From Zygnema circumcarinatum SAG 698-1b (taxonomy: Eukaryota; Plantae; Zygnematophyceae): a stretch of DNA of 64,000 bases. Below are positions 11,323-30,865 of this stretch, one piece after another. The notes under the pieces are model-generated. The model had not been told where the DNA came from. It did no database searches and saw only the letters and a list, made by a program, of their open reading frames with translations. The DNA lies in contig CM074818.1 in assembly GCA_037447605.1 (NCBI GenBank), positions 1,872,617 to 1,936,616 of the forward strand, given 5' to 3'. Numbering within the stretch: the stretch's first letter is position 1; each line of letters begins with the position of its first letter. Both the position numbers and the translations under genes were made by a program.

Positions 11323-13442
11323 ATGAACAGGAGGGAGATGGAAGTGAAACCTCCTCGGGCTGCTGCAAGCACCCCGTCTTCTTCTGCTGGAGAAGAGGAC
11401 GAGGAGATGTTACCGTGTGAAGCAGGGAATCAAAACCATTTTACTCCTGATGTGCTGCGTATGGTGATAGAGTTCGTGGATTTTCCGACTCGGCTTGCAG
11501 CATTGTGTGTCTGCCAAGAATGGAAAGAAGCAGGTGAATAGCCCAAATTGCTTTGTGTATCATCGGATGAGATTTCTACTACTGAACTGTGTTTCAGTCG
11601 GGAGGAGACTCAAGCTTGCAAATTGATTTTTGGTTACTTTGAGCATACCATGTATCTGAAGTATCATACAGTATATAACTTCTCTCGTGAGCAGCAACTT
11701 GCAAATTTTTTTTATTTCGTCATATTTGGGCAGGCAAGATACACTTGGAGGCTGAATTTTTTCTTTGCTTCTTACCGTCCTTTTGCAGTTTTGGATTCTA
11801 GTGTTTGGCGGAAAATTTGTGTACCCAAATACTTGGCCTGCCGGCTGTGGGATAATGAGTTCGAGCCTCTAATAAAGAAAGCGCAGGGGCAGCTCTCTGT
11901 CCTCCAAGTCGCCAGCACAGGCATTACTGCAAGATCGTTACTCGCGTTTTCTCGAGTACGACTGCGGGAACTTCCACCTCCTTTGAATGCAGCAGCTCTG
12001 CGGCTGCGCCCGCCTGTAGGAGAAGCATCACTGCTTACTTGCAATCAAGAATACAATTTCTCTCCTCAATAGGCAGCAAGCAGACCCGTGCTCACTCTCA
12101 CTCGCACTCTCACTCACTCTCTCTCTCTCTCTAATGCCATCTCTTGCATTTAATGTGCAGGAGAACGCAGCAGGACCGTTCCTAGAGGAGCTTAGATTCG
12201 ATCGCTGTGCCAATTTAGCGGGAATCGACATTGTGCACTTTGTGGAAGCCATCACCTCCCGCCCTGGTGGGCCTCGCATAGGCCACCTAGCGATTGAGGG
12301 GTGCAGCCATCTCTCTCATCATGATGTTTTCCGACTGAACCAGCGAGTAGCCTCCCTGGACGTAGGTATCTGTGTGTGCCTGCGTGTGGAGGTGCTGGAG
12401 AAGTGTGAGAGCCGGCACTGCCAGGGACTATGCAGGCACTGCGCAGAGCTTTACAGGGGCTGTGGACTGCATTGTGGGAGCTGCAATCAGCCGCAGAATT
12501 CGCAGCAAGTATGATCTCTCGCTCCTTCTGCTATGGTTATCTTTTTTTGGTTTTAGGTTAGGTTTTCGCTTTTCCTCTGACATTTAGGTCAGCCTTCAGC
12601 TTTACGTAAAACTGAATGCATCGCTTGTTTTCTATTCATTTCCTCCTGGTTTTATTTCTCTGATTGTTTCATCTACTCGTTCCTCTCCTTTTTCCTCGCC
12701 TCTCCACAACCACCACTCTCTTTCTCTCCATCCCTTGCCCCTGCGTGGCATGATGGTTATGCAAAACGATGAGAGCAGAGGAGAAAATAGTGCAGAGAGA
12801 AGAGGCAGGCAATTTATTCAAAGTGACAGAAAAGTGAAGAAAAGATAGGAGAGAAGAAAAAAGAGGAGAGGACGAAAGAGAGGATAGAAGAAAGGAGGGG
12901 ATAGAATAAGCAGTTTTTAGCTGTAATGAGTCTTTTGTTGTGCCCGCAGGCTCTACGCGTGCGTGTGCATCGATGGAATACAGAACTTATCGCAGCCCTG
13001 CGTACTCGCTGGAAGGATGTCCGCCATGGAATTGTTTGAAGGGTAGGGACTTGATAGAGACTTCATGAAGCCACTTCAGTTTTTGGCTTCGAGAGTGGTA
13101 TTGAGCGATTCCACAAGAATGGATACTTCTTGAGCTCAACGGAGGAGGGGCCCAGTGGAATTCCTTTGATGTACACGAACGTACATTTAGTCTGTGTCAT
13201 GCTTTCCTGGAGGGTACTGATCCTGAAGGCCCCCCCAGGCAGGTGTCCGAAAGCTTCAAGAAGATCGCAAGGATGGTAGATTTGGGACCCTTCTTTCTAG
13301 GGTCAAGTGGGAGGACGGGAGAAGAGCGCATTAGAGTGGGGGGCACCCTGAAGTTTAGAGGATACATTGGCCTACGGAATGAGCTTGAATTGGATTGTTT
13401 TGATGGAGGAGATTAGCGTCTCTCTTGTCGCTCTCTCCCTCC

Positions 13443-13491
<49 letters not shown>

Positions 13492-13634
13492 TCTCTCTTG
13501 CGCTCTCTGTGGTGGCACCATTTGCTCGAGAGCGGGCGGTTACACTGGACAGAAATTGGAGCTGGGATGTGTTCGCACTGCAACTGGATGCGGCGGAGCC
13601 CCAATGGTGGTCGTGGGGATAGAGACCAGACGTG
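11323..13634 (+). CDS. F-box protein with LRR-like middle and Cys-rich C-terminus (SKIP14/SKIP28-like); 3' exons uncertain
   Basis: F-box FTPDVLRMVIEFVDFPTRLAALCVCQEWKEA, followed by exons VWRKICVP...LIKKAQGQLSVLQV and LDVGICVCLRVEVLEKCESRHCQGLCRHCAELYRGCGLHCGSC. The three core exons have GT-AG borders. Confidence 0.7.
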
Positions 13635-13900
13635 ACGTGACAGCATTTTTCATTCTTTTTGAATAAGTTGTGAAACAATCAGCAGTCCTTTCTTGACTGG
13701 AGAGTTAGGAAGCTTTTCGCTGCCAATTCAACCCAAGCATATGGCGAGAAAGAAGGGCTTTTTGGATTACTTTCTTGAAGATCCACGAGATTAGGTTATG
13801 CAAATTGAGCGTTAAGGGAGAGCAGGAGTCAGCTCAGAATGGATGTAGGGCTGTGCTTACTATTGAGTGGAAAGAGGGTTCAGGGGCTAGGGTTTAGGAC

Positions 13901-13901
<1 letters not shown>

Positions 13902-13934
<33 letters not shown>
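13902..13934. repeat. (CTG)11 microsatellite
   Basis: Perfect trinucleotide run. Confidence 0.95.
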
Positions 13935-13936
<2 letters not shown>

Positions 13937-15266
13937 GTGTGCAGGATTCAGGGTTCAGAAGGGGGGGGTTATCCTCTCGCCATTTTGTGCTGTGATGTCA
14001 ATTTCAGAGAATTTTGCAATAGAAGGGCGTGGCTGTCCTAGGGAAGGGTTCGGTGTTCCGAGGAGGATTGTGCTCTTAGAGAGGATCTGATGCGAGGCAC
14101 AGATCTGTAGTTGAGTTGCGATCGCTCTGAGATTTTGCTACTTTTTTAACTAGAAGTATATGCTCATCTAAGAAATTGACGACATTGTTTTTTGATTTCT
14201 GAATCAATTTTTGATTGACTTTTTGGCATGGAATGTGAAGACTAGTAGAAATCGTCTTGGTCTTTCCTCCCTCCCTCCCTCCTCTACCTTCTCTCCCTCC
14301 CTTCTCTCTTTTTCCGAATGTTAGCGAAAGAAATGTTGGCGTAACACGAGGTCTTGAAGTCCCTCTGATTGCAAAAGTTATCCAAGTGGTTCTCTGCAAC
14401 TTGGCAATCGCGCGTTCGTGTTGTTCATTTCAAGCGGATTCCATGCAGTCATCCACCAACAAACGTTTTGGTTTTGATAAGAAACGAATTTTTTAGGGAG
14501 TTTGGGGTTTAAGGGGAGAATATAAGACTGCCGGAACCCCGGGGGTTGTTTGGTAGTACTGAATAGTTTCTTCAAAGGGGGGCAGTTCCTGCTTCTGCAG
14601 TTGGGAATGGAGAATTGGTGGTACGCTACCTGATGTCGTCGAACTGCAACAAAGAAAAAGAAAACTTCGCGCCGTTCCCATCCGTTTCTTAACTGAAGCC
14701 AGTTGCCAGGAGCCTTTTCTTTTAAGGCAGAAGAATGTTTTCAGGGTGAAGATATGAGCAGACAAATACTCTAAACTGCGCTGCTTTATCTCACGAGAGC
14801 GGATGGATCTGGACAGACTCAATGCACCTTAAAGCAACATATACGGAGACTTACCTTTTCCATCTTAAAAAGTGCAGCCATGACTAACATGTTCTCTTTG
14901 CCGCACTTAATGCTTCCCCTATATCTCCCCTTCTCTCTTTCCCTCTTTTCCTCCCTTTCTTCTCCCTCTCCCTTTCACCCCTTCCCTACCCGATACCCAG
15001 AAACAGAATGAACGGACTATATGCTTCCCACATAGGACACAAAAAACGACCTACAGTTGGCGGTATTGGAAACCGACCACTTTCATTGAAACTGCTGACT
15101 TGTGCATAGAATCACTATAGCAGAATATGATACTAAACTGTACAGTACTGAACCGAACTGAACAGTGAGAGTAACCAAAAACGAACAGAGCCGCATATAG
15201 TACTCCACGTGGGCCTCTCGAGGCTCATCCTCGAAGCAGAAGCAGCGCACTCAGAATCCTTTCCCT

Positions 15267-22408
<7,142 letters not shown>

Positions 22409-23723
22409 GGCCGCAGAAGCTCTCAGAAATACGCGAGCTCACAGCAACAGCCAAGGATCTGCAGGACCTTGTCTCCCCAGTGTTTGCACGCCTTTTCCTT
22501 GAGAAAATCTGAACAAGTCGTTCAGAAAAAGGAGAGCAAACTGAAACAAAAGAGACGGGAAATAGACTAAACCGGGTTACGCCAGATCAATAGAGATATT
22601 ATTGACAGGAAAATGATTCTCCTCTTTTCAATATGCAGCTTCCAAGCAACCCTTCCCCTCCCTTTCCTTCCCTCCCTGCTCACGACTCCGTCTCTGATCC
22701 TTGCAGGGAAAAAAAAGGCTCTGAAGTTCTTCTCCTCTGCCCACTAAATAAGGCGAGAATCTCCAATTAGAGCTTGTCGCGTGTCCAATTCGCCTACGTG
22801 GCGATCAGCGATTGGACGATGCTGAAGTACTATGTTCACAATAGAGAAAAGCCCTGCTGGTCCCGGGGAGCTGCTCGTACGGATAGAATCCTGTTTCTTA
22901 ACAGGAAATTCCCTTATACCGTACACAATGTGTACTTTTTTGCGCTTCCACGAACCTAACGCTCAACCGCAGACACTGTTACCTAACAAGTTCGTACAGA
23001 AGGTGTACTTTTCTGTACTTTCAGGAAACTACGGACGAAGGAGAGCCTCCGTGGCTCCACCATTAGAGGGTTGCGTGGAAAGCGGAGGCCGTACAGAAAT
23101 GACGCCCTAATGCGGACAAACTTTTCGTACAAAATCTCAAATGGATTGACCTGACATGGCATGACGTGGCGTGTCGTAATTGGCGATTTACCTGCCACGA
23201 TGGCAGTGGTATAACGTGTTGTGAAGTGATTGGCGGAAGAGATGGCTGACATGGCAATTTTTGCCACGCTGGCAGTGAGCAGCGATTGTGACCGTTTGCG
23301 GAAACATGTGGACAAATGTTTCATTAGGAAATGCCGTACGGTACGGATGTGCGGCGTAGTGAGTCTAGTGACTCAATCCAATGGTTGAACCGTTTCGATG
23401 GTCGGCCAACTTTCTCCGCCAACCAATGGTTTCAACCATTTTCAGCCAATGGTTGGCAAGCATTGGGAGCCAATGTGGTTTTAACCATGGCTACGTGTCA
23501 GCGATGGTTTAACCAGTGCAGGGCTTAGCCAGCAATTTATGAACTGAAGAGGTGAGAATAAAAAGCCATACCTCAGCTATATGACATGGGTGTTTCACAT
23601 TACCATACATGCATGCATGCATGCATGCATACATGCATACCATACATACCCATCACCCATCATCACATGAGACCAGTAGCATGCCATCCATGCATGATAT
23701 GACTTTGATTCCATATTCCGTCC

Positions 23724-24299
23724 TCATTGAAGCGAAGCGATCAGCCCTCTCTCTCAGCGCGGTACGCCTTCCGCAGCTTCGCTATTCTCTCTTGGATTTC
23801 AGGCGAGCAAGTGGATGCGGCTGTCTCCCACAATGGTTGTATAGCTGCAGAGGGGGAGGGGAGAGGGAGAGGGAGGGAGAGGGAGGGAGAGGGAGTGAGT
23901 CAGGAGACGAAAGAGAGATAGAAAGAGGGAGTGGACGAGGGAGGGAGAGCGAGAGGGAGAGGGAGAGGGGAAAGAAGAGGGAGGGGGAGAGGGAAACGGA
24001 GCGGGAGCGATAGAGAAAGGGAGAGAGGAAGGGTGAGGGCGAGGGAGAGGGCGAGGGAGAGGGAGGGGGGCGGAGGGGGAGGGGGACGGGGAGCGGAAGG
24101 GGAGGGAGAGGGAAAGGAGAGTGGGAGGGGGGGGAGGGAGAGAGAGATACCTGCTCTGTCCTTAGGAGTGAGGAACATGGTCGTCATATTGAAACGCGGA
24201 ACTTTTGTGAGGTTCTCCAAAATGGCAGCCGCCTTTTCAGCCTTTTCTCTGCATACAGTTTGAGAGAGAGAAAGAGAGGGAGAGAGATCGAGAAGCGAG

Positions 24300-24371
<72 letters not shown>

Positions 24372-27369
24372 TACGGTAAACGATTTCCACGGATTTAATC
24401 CCTTCAGATAGTAGCCGATGCTCAAAGTCAACGATCCCAAAACTTGAGAGTAGCCCAAGTACAAGGCGGAAAGCGGGACAAATTTGAGATTACTTACGGA
24501 AAGAAATTTGAATTTAAGGCGAGGAGGATGTCGAGGAGGAGAGAGACGTTGAGGGCGTCTTTGAAAAGGGAGGGCAAGGTCGCAGGTTCGATCCTCTGGA
24601 AAACAGAGAAAAAAAGGGATTTTTAGCCCCTCGAGTAAAACTTACACATGTTATGCTGAAATTAAAAAGATGTTATGAAAATGTAAAAAAGGAACCCAAA
24701 ACTTTAGGATTTTTCAACCTTCAATGGTTTCTAGAGTTCAAATCTTTAGGGTTTCAAGATTTCAGGGTTTCAAAACTTCAGGGTTTCAAACTTTTAGGGT
24801 CTCTAGAGTTCAAATCTTCAGTACTTCCAAACTTCTAAACTTTCAGAGTTCCAAACTTCCAAACTTCTAAACTTTCAGAGTTCCAAACTTCCAAACTTCC
24901 AAACTTCCAAACTTCCAAACTTTCAGAGTTCAAACTTCCAAACTTCCAAACTTCCAAACTTTCAGAGTTCCAAACTTCCAAACTTTCAGAGTTCCAAACT
25001 TCCAAACTTCCAAACTTTCAGAGTTCCAAACTTCCAAACTTCCAAACTTTCAGAGTTCCAAACTTCCAAACTTCCAAACTTTCAGAGTTCCAAACTTCCA
25101 AACTTCCAAACTTCCAAACTTCCAAACTTTCAGAGTTCCAAACTTCCAAACTTCCAAACTTCCAAACTTCCAAACTTTCAGAGTTCCAAACTTCCAAACT
25201 TCCAAACTTTCAGAGTTCCAAACTTCCAAACTTCCAAACTTTCAAAGTTCCTAACTTCCAAACTTCCAAACTTCCAAACTTTTAGAGTTCCAATCTTCCA
25301 AACTTCCTTTCAGAGTTCCAAACTTCCAAACTTTCAGAGTTCCAAACTTCCAAACTTCCTATTTTTTTTTTGGGTTTTTAGGGTTTTTAGGGTTGAGAGC
25401 CCGCCTCCAGCATGAGGGCCTGCGACTCCCTCTCCCCCTCCGCCATTTTCCAGAGCGCTTCGAACTCAAAGGCGGACTTTGGCGCCTTCGGACTCCTCCG
25501 AATGGCCTCCCTCGCTGCCTCCGCCGCTCGCCTTATGGCAGCGGAGGCAGCAGCCTCCGTCACCCCTCTCACCGCTCCTCCTCCCCCTCTCCCACTCTCT
25601 CTCCCGCTGTCTCTCCCGCTTTCTCTCCCGCTGTCTCTCCCACTCCCCATCCCGCGGCCACTCAAGCTCTCTCTCTGACTCACTCTCTCACTCTCTCTCC
25701 CGCTGTCTCTCGCACTACCTCTTCCGCTGCCATTATCGTTCGCTCTCCCAATGTGTGTTGGCTCGGGCATGGTCTTCCCTCTCCCACTCTCCCTCTCCCG
25801 CTCCCTCTCTCTCCCACTGCCTGTTGGCTCAGGGATAGTCTTCCCTCTCCCACTCTCTCTACCAGTCCCCTCGGATGGGGGTTCATCCGTACCGCTTCTG
25901 TCACGTCGCGCATCGGGAGATGCTACTTCACTATCTGCTGAAATATCTCCTCTCCCAACCCCACTCCCACTCCCACTCCCACTCCCACTCTCTCTCGCTC
26001 TCTCTCCCCCCCACTCCCACTCATGTGGGGGAGATTTTCGTGGTTTCTGGCTTTCCGGCTCCACTCTCCAAGCAGGTGGGGCTGGTTTCCCTGTTCCTTC
26101 TTCCGTTACAACGGATTTCTGTGTCCGTTCCGTTGAACTGCTGAATCTCCGTGATTCCCGAGGAACCACGAGGGCTTCCGGATCCACTTCTGGGGTTTTA
26201 GAAGATCGAATTTCCTATCAAAGAAAAATCAGGGCTTTGGAAATATTAGGGTTTTCCTAACATGGATATACCCAGCTCAGGAAAACGACAAAAACAAGAA
26301 GAACCCTTTGAAATCCCTAAAATCTGAAAACCCTAAACTTTTCCTGATAGGGGAAGGGAAAAAGAGAAAGAGGCAGAGCGGAGGAGCAATAGGACTGTGA
26401 ATGAGACGCTCCCTTCCCCACTCTTTTCCTCTCTCACCCGCTCCATCTCTCCCCTGCCTTCCCCTCGCTCCCCCACTCTCCCCCTCTCTCCCTCTCCCCC
26501 GTCCCCCGTCCCCCCTCCCCCACTCTCCTCCCTCCCTCCCCCCTCCCCTCACTCCCTCTCCCACTCCCCTCCCCCCCCTCCCTCCCCCCCCTCCCTCCCC
26601 CTTCCCCCATCGCGCCTCCCCCTCCTCCATCTCACCTCCCCCTCCCCCCTCCCCCTCCCCTCCATCTCCTCCCTCCATCTCCCTGAATCCTCTCGCTCTT
26701 TCCTTCCTTCCCCCTTTTTCCCCCTCTCTCCCTTTCTTACCTCTCTCTCTCTTCCCCCTGCCCCTCCCTCTCCCTCTCCCTCCCTCCCTCCCTCCCTTCC
26801 TCCATCCTCCGTCCCTCTCCCTCTCCCTCTCCCTCTAGTTCTCCCTCCATCCCTCTCTCCCTCGCCTGTCCCTCCCTCTCCCTCTCCCTCTAGCTCTCCC
26901 TCCCTCCCTCCCTCGCCTGTCCTCCCTCCCTCTCCCTCTCCCTCTAGCTCTCCCTCCCTCCCTCCCTCCCTCGCCTGTCTCTCTCACTCCCCCCTCTAGC
27001 TCTCCCTCCCTCCCTCCCTCGCCTGTCCCTCCCTCTCCCTCTCCCTCTAGCTCTCCCTCCCTCCCTCCCTCCCTCGCCTGTCTCTCTCACTCCGGGATCT
27101 AGCTCTCCCTCCCTCCCTCCCTCGCCTGTCCCTCCCTCTCCCTCTCCCTCTAGCTCTCCCTCCCTCCCTCCCTCGCCTGTCTCTCTCACTCCTCCCTCTA
27201 GCTCTCCCTCCCTCCCTCCCTCCCTTAGGCCCACCTGGCGGGCCAGCAGCGGCAGCAGCGCCATCCTCTGCTTTTGGAGCTCCTTGTTTTCCGGCTCCAC
27301 TCCCAACGCAAAATCTAAATCTGCCCACCCATATTACGAAAATAACGGAAAGAGAGTGAGAGAGGGAAA

Positions 27370-27407
<38 letters not shown>

Positions 27408-30072
27408 GGAGAGGGAGCAAGAGAGAGTGAGTGAGAGAGAGACGCGACAGTCCACAAAACTCCCAAACCCTATACTCCCTAAACCTAAAACCCCAAATCC
27501 TAAAAACTCCAAAAAAAGCTAGAACCCTACACCCTCCGCCCCCCCTTCCCCACCCGAAACTTGGAATTAGGGTTCAGGGCAGAGACCCCACCTTCCAGAG
27601 CCTCTTGGTATCGGCCAGTCTGGTGCCGACACGTGGCGCGCCGCGAGTAGGCCTTCACATAGTGGTCGTCCAGTGCGAGGGCGGCGGAACACTCCTCCTC
27701 CGCCTCCTCAAACCTGCCCTCCCTCCCTCTCTCTCTCTCTCTTTAGGGCTTCATTATGGTTTCTAATAGGGCTTCATTAGGGTTTTTAGTAGGGCTTCTT
27801 GTAGGGTTTCTAGGGTTTTCAAAAGTCAACGCATCCAAAAGCCAAAGCCAAATTGAACGCAGCAAGAAACCTAAGAAGTCAACGGAGCAAAACTTAAACT
27901 ATAGTCGCCACTGAAAGCCAAAAGTCAACGGCGCAATAGTCAAAGTCAACGGCGGTCTCCTCACTTCTTGAGCTTGACTAGCGCCATTGCCCAGTTGGCG
28001 TGTGCGACCGCCGTTGGCTGCAACGCAACGCTGCGCGCATAGCACTCCGCCGCCTCCCGCCACCGCCCCGCCTTGAACAGCGCGTTGCCCTGCGCGCTTG
28101 CAAAAGGGGAAGGAAGGGGAGGGGGGAGGGTTCAGGGTGGAGGGTGGAGGGGATAGGAAGCAGGGTTCAGGGTTTAGAGTGTAAGGGGATAGGGGATAGG
28201 GGATAGGGGATAGGGGGTAGGGGATAGGGGGTAGGGTTTAGGGTGTAGGGTGCAGGGTGCAGGGTGTAAGGGGGTAGGATTCAGGGTTCAAGGTGTAGGG
28301 GATAAGGGGCAGGGTTTAGGATTTAAGGAATAGGGTTTAGGGTGTAGGAGATAGGGGGCAGGGTTCAGGGTTTAGGGTGTAAGGGGATAGGGGATAGGGG
28401 GTAAGGTTTAGGGTGTAAGGGGGTTGGGTTCAGGGTTCAGGGTGTAGGGGATAGGGGATCGGGTTTAGGGTGTAGGGGTTAGGGTCAAGGGTTTAGGGTG
28501 TAGGGGTTAGGGGGTCGGGTTAGGGTGTAGGGCTTAGGGCTTGAGGGTCTAAGTTTTAAGGTTTATGGAATAGGGTTTAGGGTGTAGGGGATAAGAAGTA
28601 GGGGATAGGGGATAGAGTTTACGTTTAGGGCTTAGGGTTTAGGGGTAGGGCTTCGGAAGGAGGAGGTCAGGGTTTAGAGTTTAGGATTCAGGGTTTCGGA
28701 GGCTTTTGGAATTAGAGATTAAGGTTTAGAGCGTTGGAGGGCTAAGAGTCAGGTGAGAGTTCAGGGGACCGGGTTAGGGTTTAAGGTTTACACTCGAGAG
28801 TTTAGTGTTCAAGGTTTAAACTGCAGGGTTTTCGGGTTTAGACTGTAGGGTTTAGGGTTTAAGCTCTTGAGGGCTACCCGATCTTTCTCGGAAGCTGCGT
28901 CGGGAGGGCCCTCCTCGTCCACATCCAGCGCCTCCGCCAATCGATGAACGACTCCTGCGGGGCCGCCAAGTGGCGCGCGCTGAGGCCTCCCTGAAAATCC
29001 GCCTGAAATTCCGCCTGAAAGTCCGCCTGAAAGTCTGGAACTTTCCGAATTTCTGAGGTCTCCTTCTCTTGGACGGAGGGAGCTTTCTGGAACGGCCATT
29101 CCCTGTAACAGTTAAAAATGAATCAGTTCAACAATTGAACGGGTTCTATGTTCTGACTGCGGTTGAAGGTCGCGTTCATCACATGGAACATGGAACATGA
29201 CGAAAGTTGAGTTTGACATGGATTTGAAATGGAGAGAGGTGGGAGGCATTAGGGGTAGAGTTGGCATCATCATCAGGGGTTGGGGAAGGATGAGGGTTTG
29301 GTTTAGAATAAAAGGTAGAAAAAGGGTTCAAGGATGATGAGGAGTGGATTAAGGTCAGGATGAGGACTCGCATAAGGATTATGGTTTTGGCTAGAGTAAG
29401 GATCAAAGTTAAACTTATAATAAAAATTGAGGATTAGGGTTAGGATTAGAGGCAGGTCCGTCAGAAGTAGAACTAAGGTTAAAACCATAAGGCCTTTAGG
29501 GTTACTGGTAAGGTTAGGTTAGGGATTAGGTTCGAGTTAATATCAAATTAAGGGCTACATAATAAGCATTTTATGAAGGGCCTGATGTAATGGTAGTGCC
29601 TTCTGTGAGGTTGAGGAGGCATCACTCCCCGGCGTCTCCTTTTTGCCCTTCACGAAACTCTCCCAGTTTTGCATGTCATGCAGAAAAGTATCCAGGTCCT
29701 GCTCCTCAAAAGGAAGCACAGCGACATGCACAGAGCAGGCCCCCCTTTACTAAAGTAAGAAATAAACAACGTTTTTAAAGCAGTCATGGACAGCTGCATA
29801 TTTAGCAGCCCATAGCACCTTGAAGGAGCCATATTTTTTTATTACTAATATAATTTGTGAACAAATTGAATGTGCCTATTGTGAAAACTGCACATGGCGT
29901 GACAACGGTTCAGGAGAAACTCGTGATTTTAAAGCTAACCAAATGCGTAATGCTTGAAAACACGTGCGAAAGGAGGCCGCAAAGCATATTCGTTTTATAA
30001 AATTTAAGCAGATAGGGGTCATGTTTTTTGGTCGTGGATTATTCGTACCTGCCGCTTGTCTCCCATGTCCAT
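23724..30072 (-). CDS. RPAP3: RPAP3/TPR5 (R2TP co-chaperone): N-terminal motif, TPR clamp, low-complexity linker, RPAP3 C-terminal domain
   Basis: MDMGDKRQ|DLDTFLHDMQNWE; PDAASEKDR|GNALFKAGRWREAAECYARSVALQP; DDHYVKAYSRRA; ALGVEPENKELQKQ; PKSAFEFEALWK; RIEPATLPSLFKDAL; LENLTKVPRFNMTTMFL; final exon LWETAAS...IAKLRKAY, stop at 23724-23726. Confidence 0.88.
24824..25358. repeat. Intronic satellite built of 8-bp CTTCCAAA and 16-bp CTTTCAGAGTTCCAAA units
   Basis: Direct reading: runs of 1-4 octamers punctuated by the 16-mer across ~530 bp. Confidence 0.95.
26835..27225. repeat. Intronic polypyrimidine minisatellite, ~51-bp unit, about 8 copies, two alternating variants
   Basis: CTAG anchors at ~26835, 26890, 26944, 26996, 27047, 27099, 27150 and 27198, each followed in most units by CTCTCCCTCC...CTCGCCTGTC. 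Confidence 0.85.
28125..28862. repeat. Degenerate telomere-like (TTTAGGG/TTCAGGG/GATAGGG) tract in an RPAP3 intron
   Basis: Dozens of GGGTTTAGGG, GGTTCAGGG and GGATAGGG variants. Smaller tracts occur in other introns (e.g. 29260-29560, 51940-52000). Confidence 0.85.
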
Positions 30073-30364
30073 GGCTTCAAATCATTAGGCCAAGCAATAG
30101 CAGCAAGTGGGAGGGGGGGGGGGGAAGAGAGAGAGAGAGAAAGAGAGAGAGGGAGTGAGAGAGAGCGAGGGAGATAGCGAGATGGAGAAAGAGGGTGTGA
30201 AATCCAAGTGCTGCTGTTCACATGCATGCACAGTTGAACTGTGACTGTAACGGGATCGAATGTTAAGGTGGAATATCACGGAATTTGCAGATGGATCCAA
30301 AGTCAACCTAGCTGTGTTTAACTTTACCGTACTGTTCAAGATCAACAACTCGCAAAATAGCATA

Positions 30365-30865
30365 CAGTCAACAGTCCTCATATTTTCGCCATGGTTTTGG
30401 CAAATATGAGGCGAAAATATTGATTTTTGCAAATAGATGGTTCGTGTTACCAATAGACGGGCGGTATTGTTAGAGTTCATGTTAGAGTTCATGTTGGACC
30501 GTACGTATCGTACCGTACAATATTGTACGGTATCGTACCGTGTCGTTCAGTATCGTATCGTATCGTGTCGTATCGGAGCCCAGAGGGAGGAAAGACGAGC
30601 GAGCGCCTCTTACGGCGGCACGTGCGGGAAGATTCGGTGAGTTTTGCTGAAGCCCGTAACGGCTAGTACAGCAAGTACGTAAAGTACGGCTAGTACGGCT
30701 AGTACGGTTTAAGGGTTTCTAGGGTTTTAGGGTTTTAGGGGTACGGGTAGTACGGGTACTACGGCTAACACAGAGTTACCGTACAAAAAGGTGGTTTCGG
30801 CAAAATCGGGGTGAATTTCTTGGGTACGCAGTGTACAGGGTGGAAAATATGAGGACTGTTGACTG
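30365..30865. mobile_element. Tc1/mariner-type MITE (501 bp)
   Basis: Perfect 23-bp TIR CAGTCAACAGTCCTCATATTTTC / GAAAATATGAGGACTGTTGACTG, flanked by TA on both sides (30363-30364, 30866-30867). Confidence 0.85.

Noticed and set aside
24585-24594. tRNA T-loop-like GGTTCGATCC
   Set aside because: It lies within an RPAP3 coding exon (antisense) and no cloverleaf can be formed.
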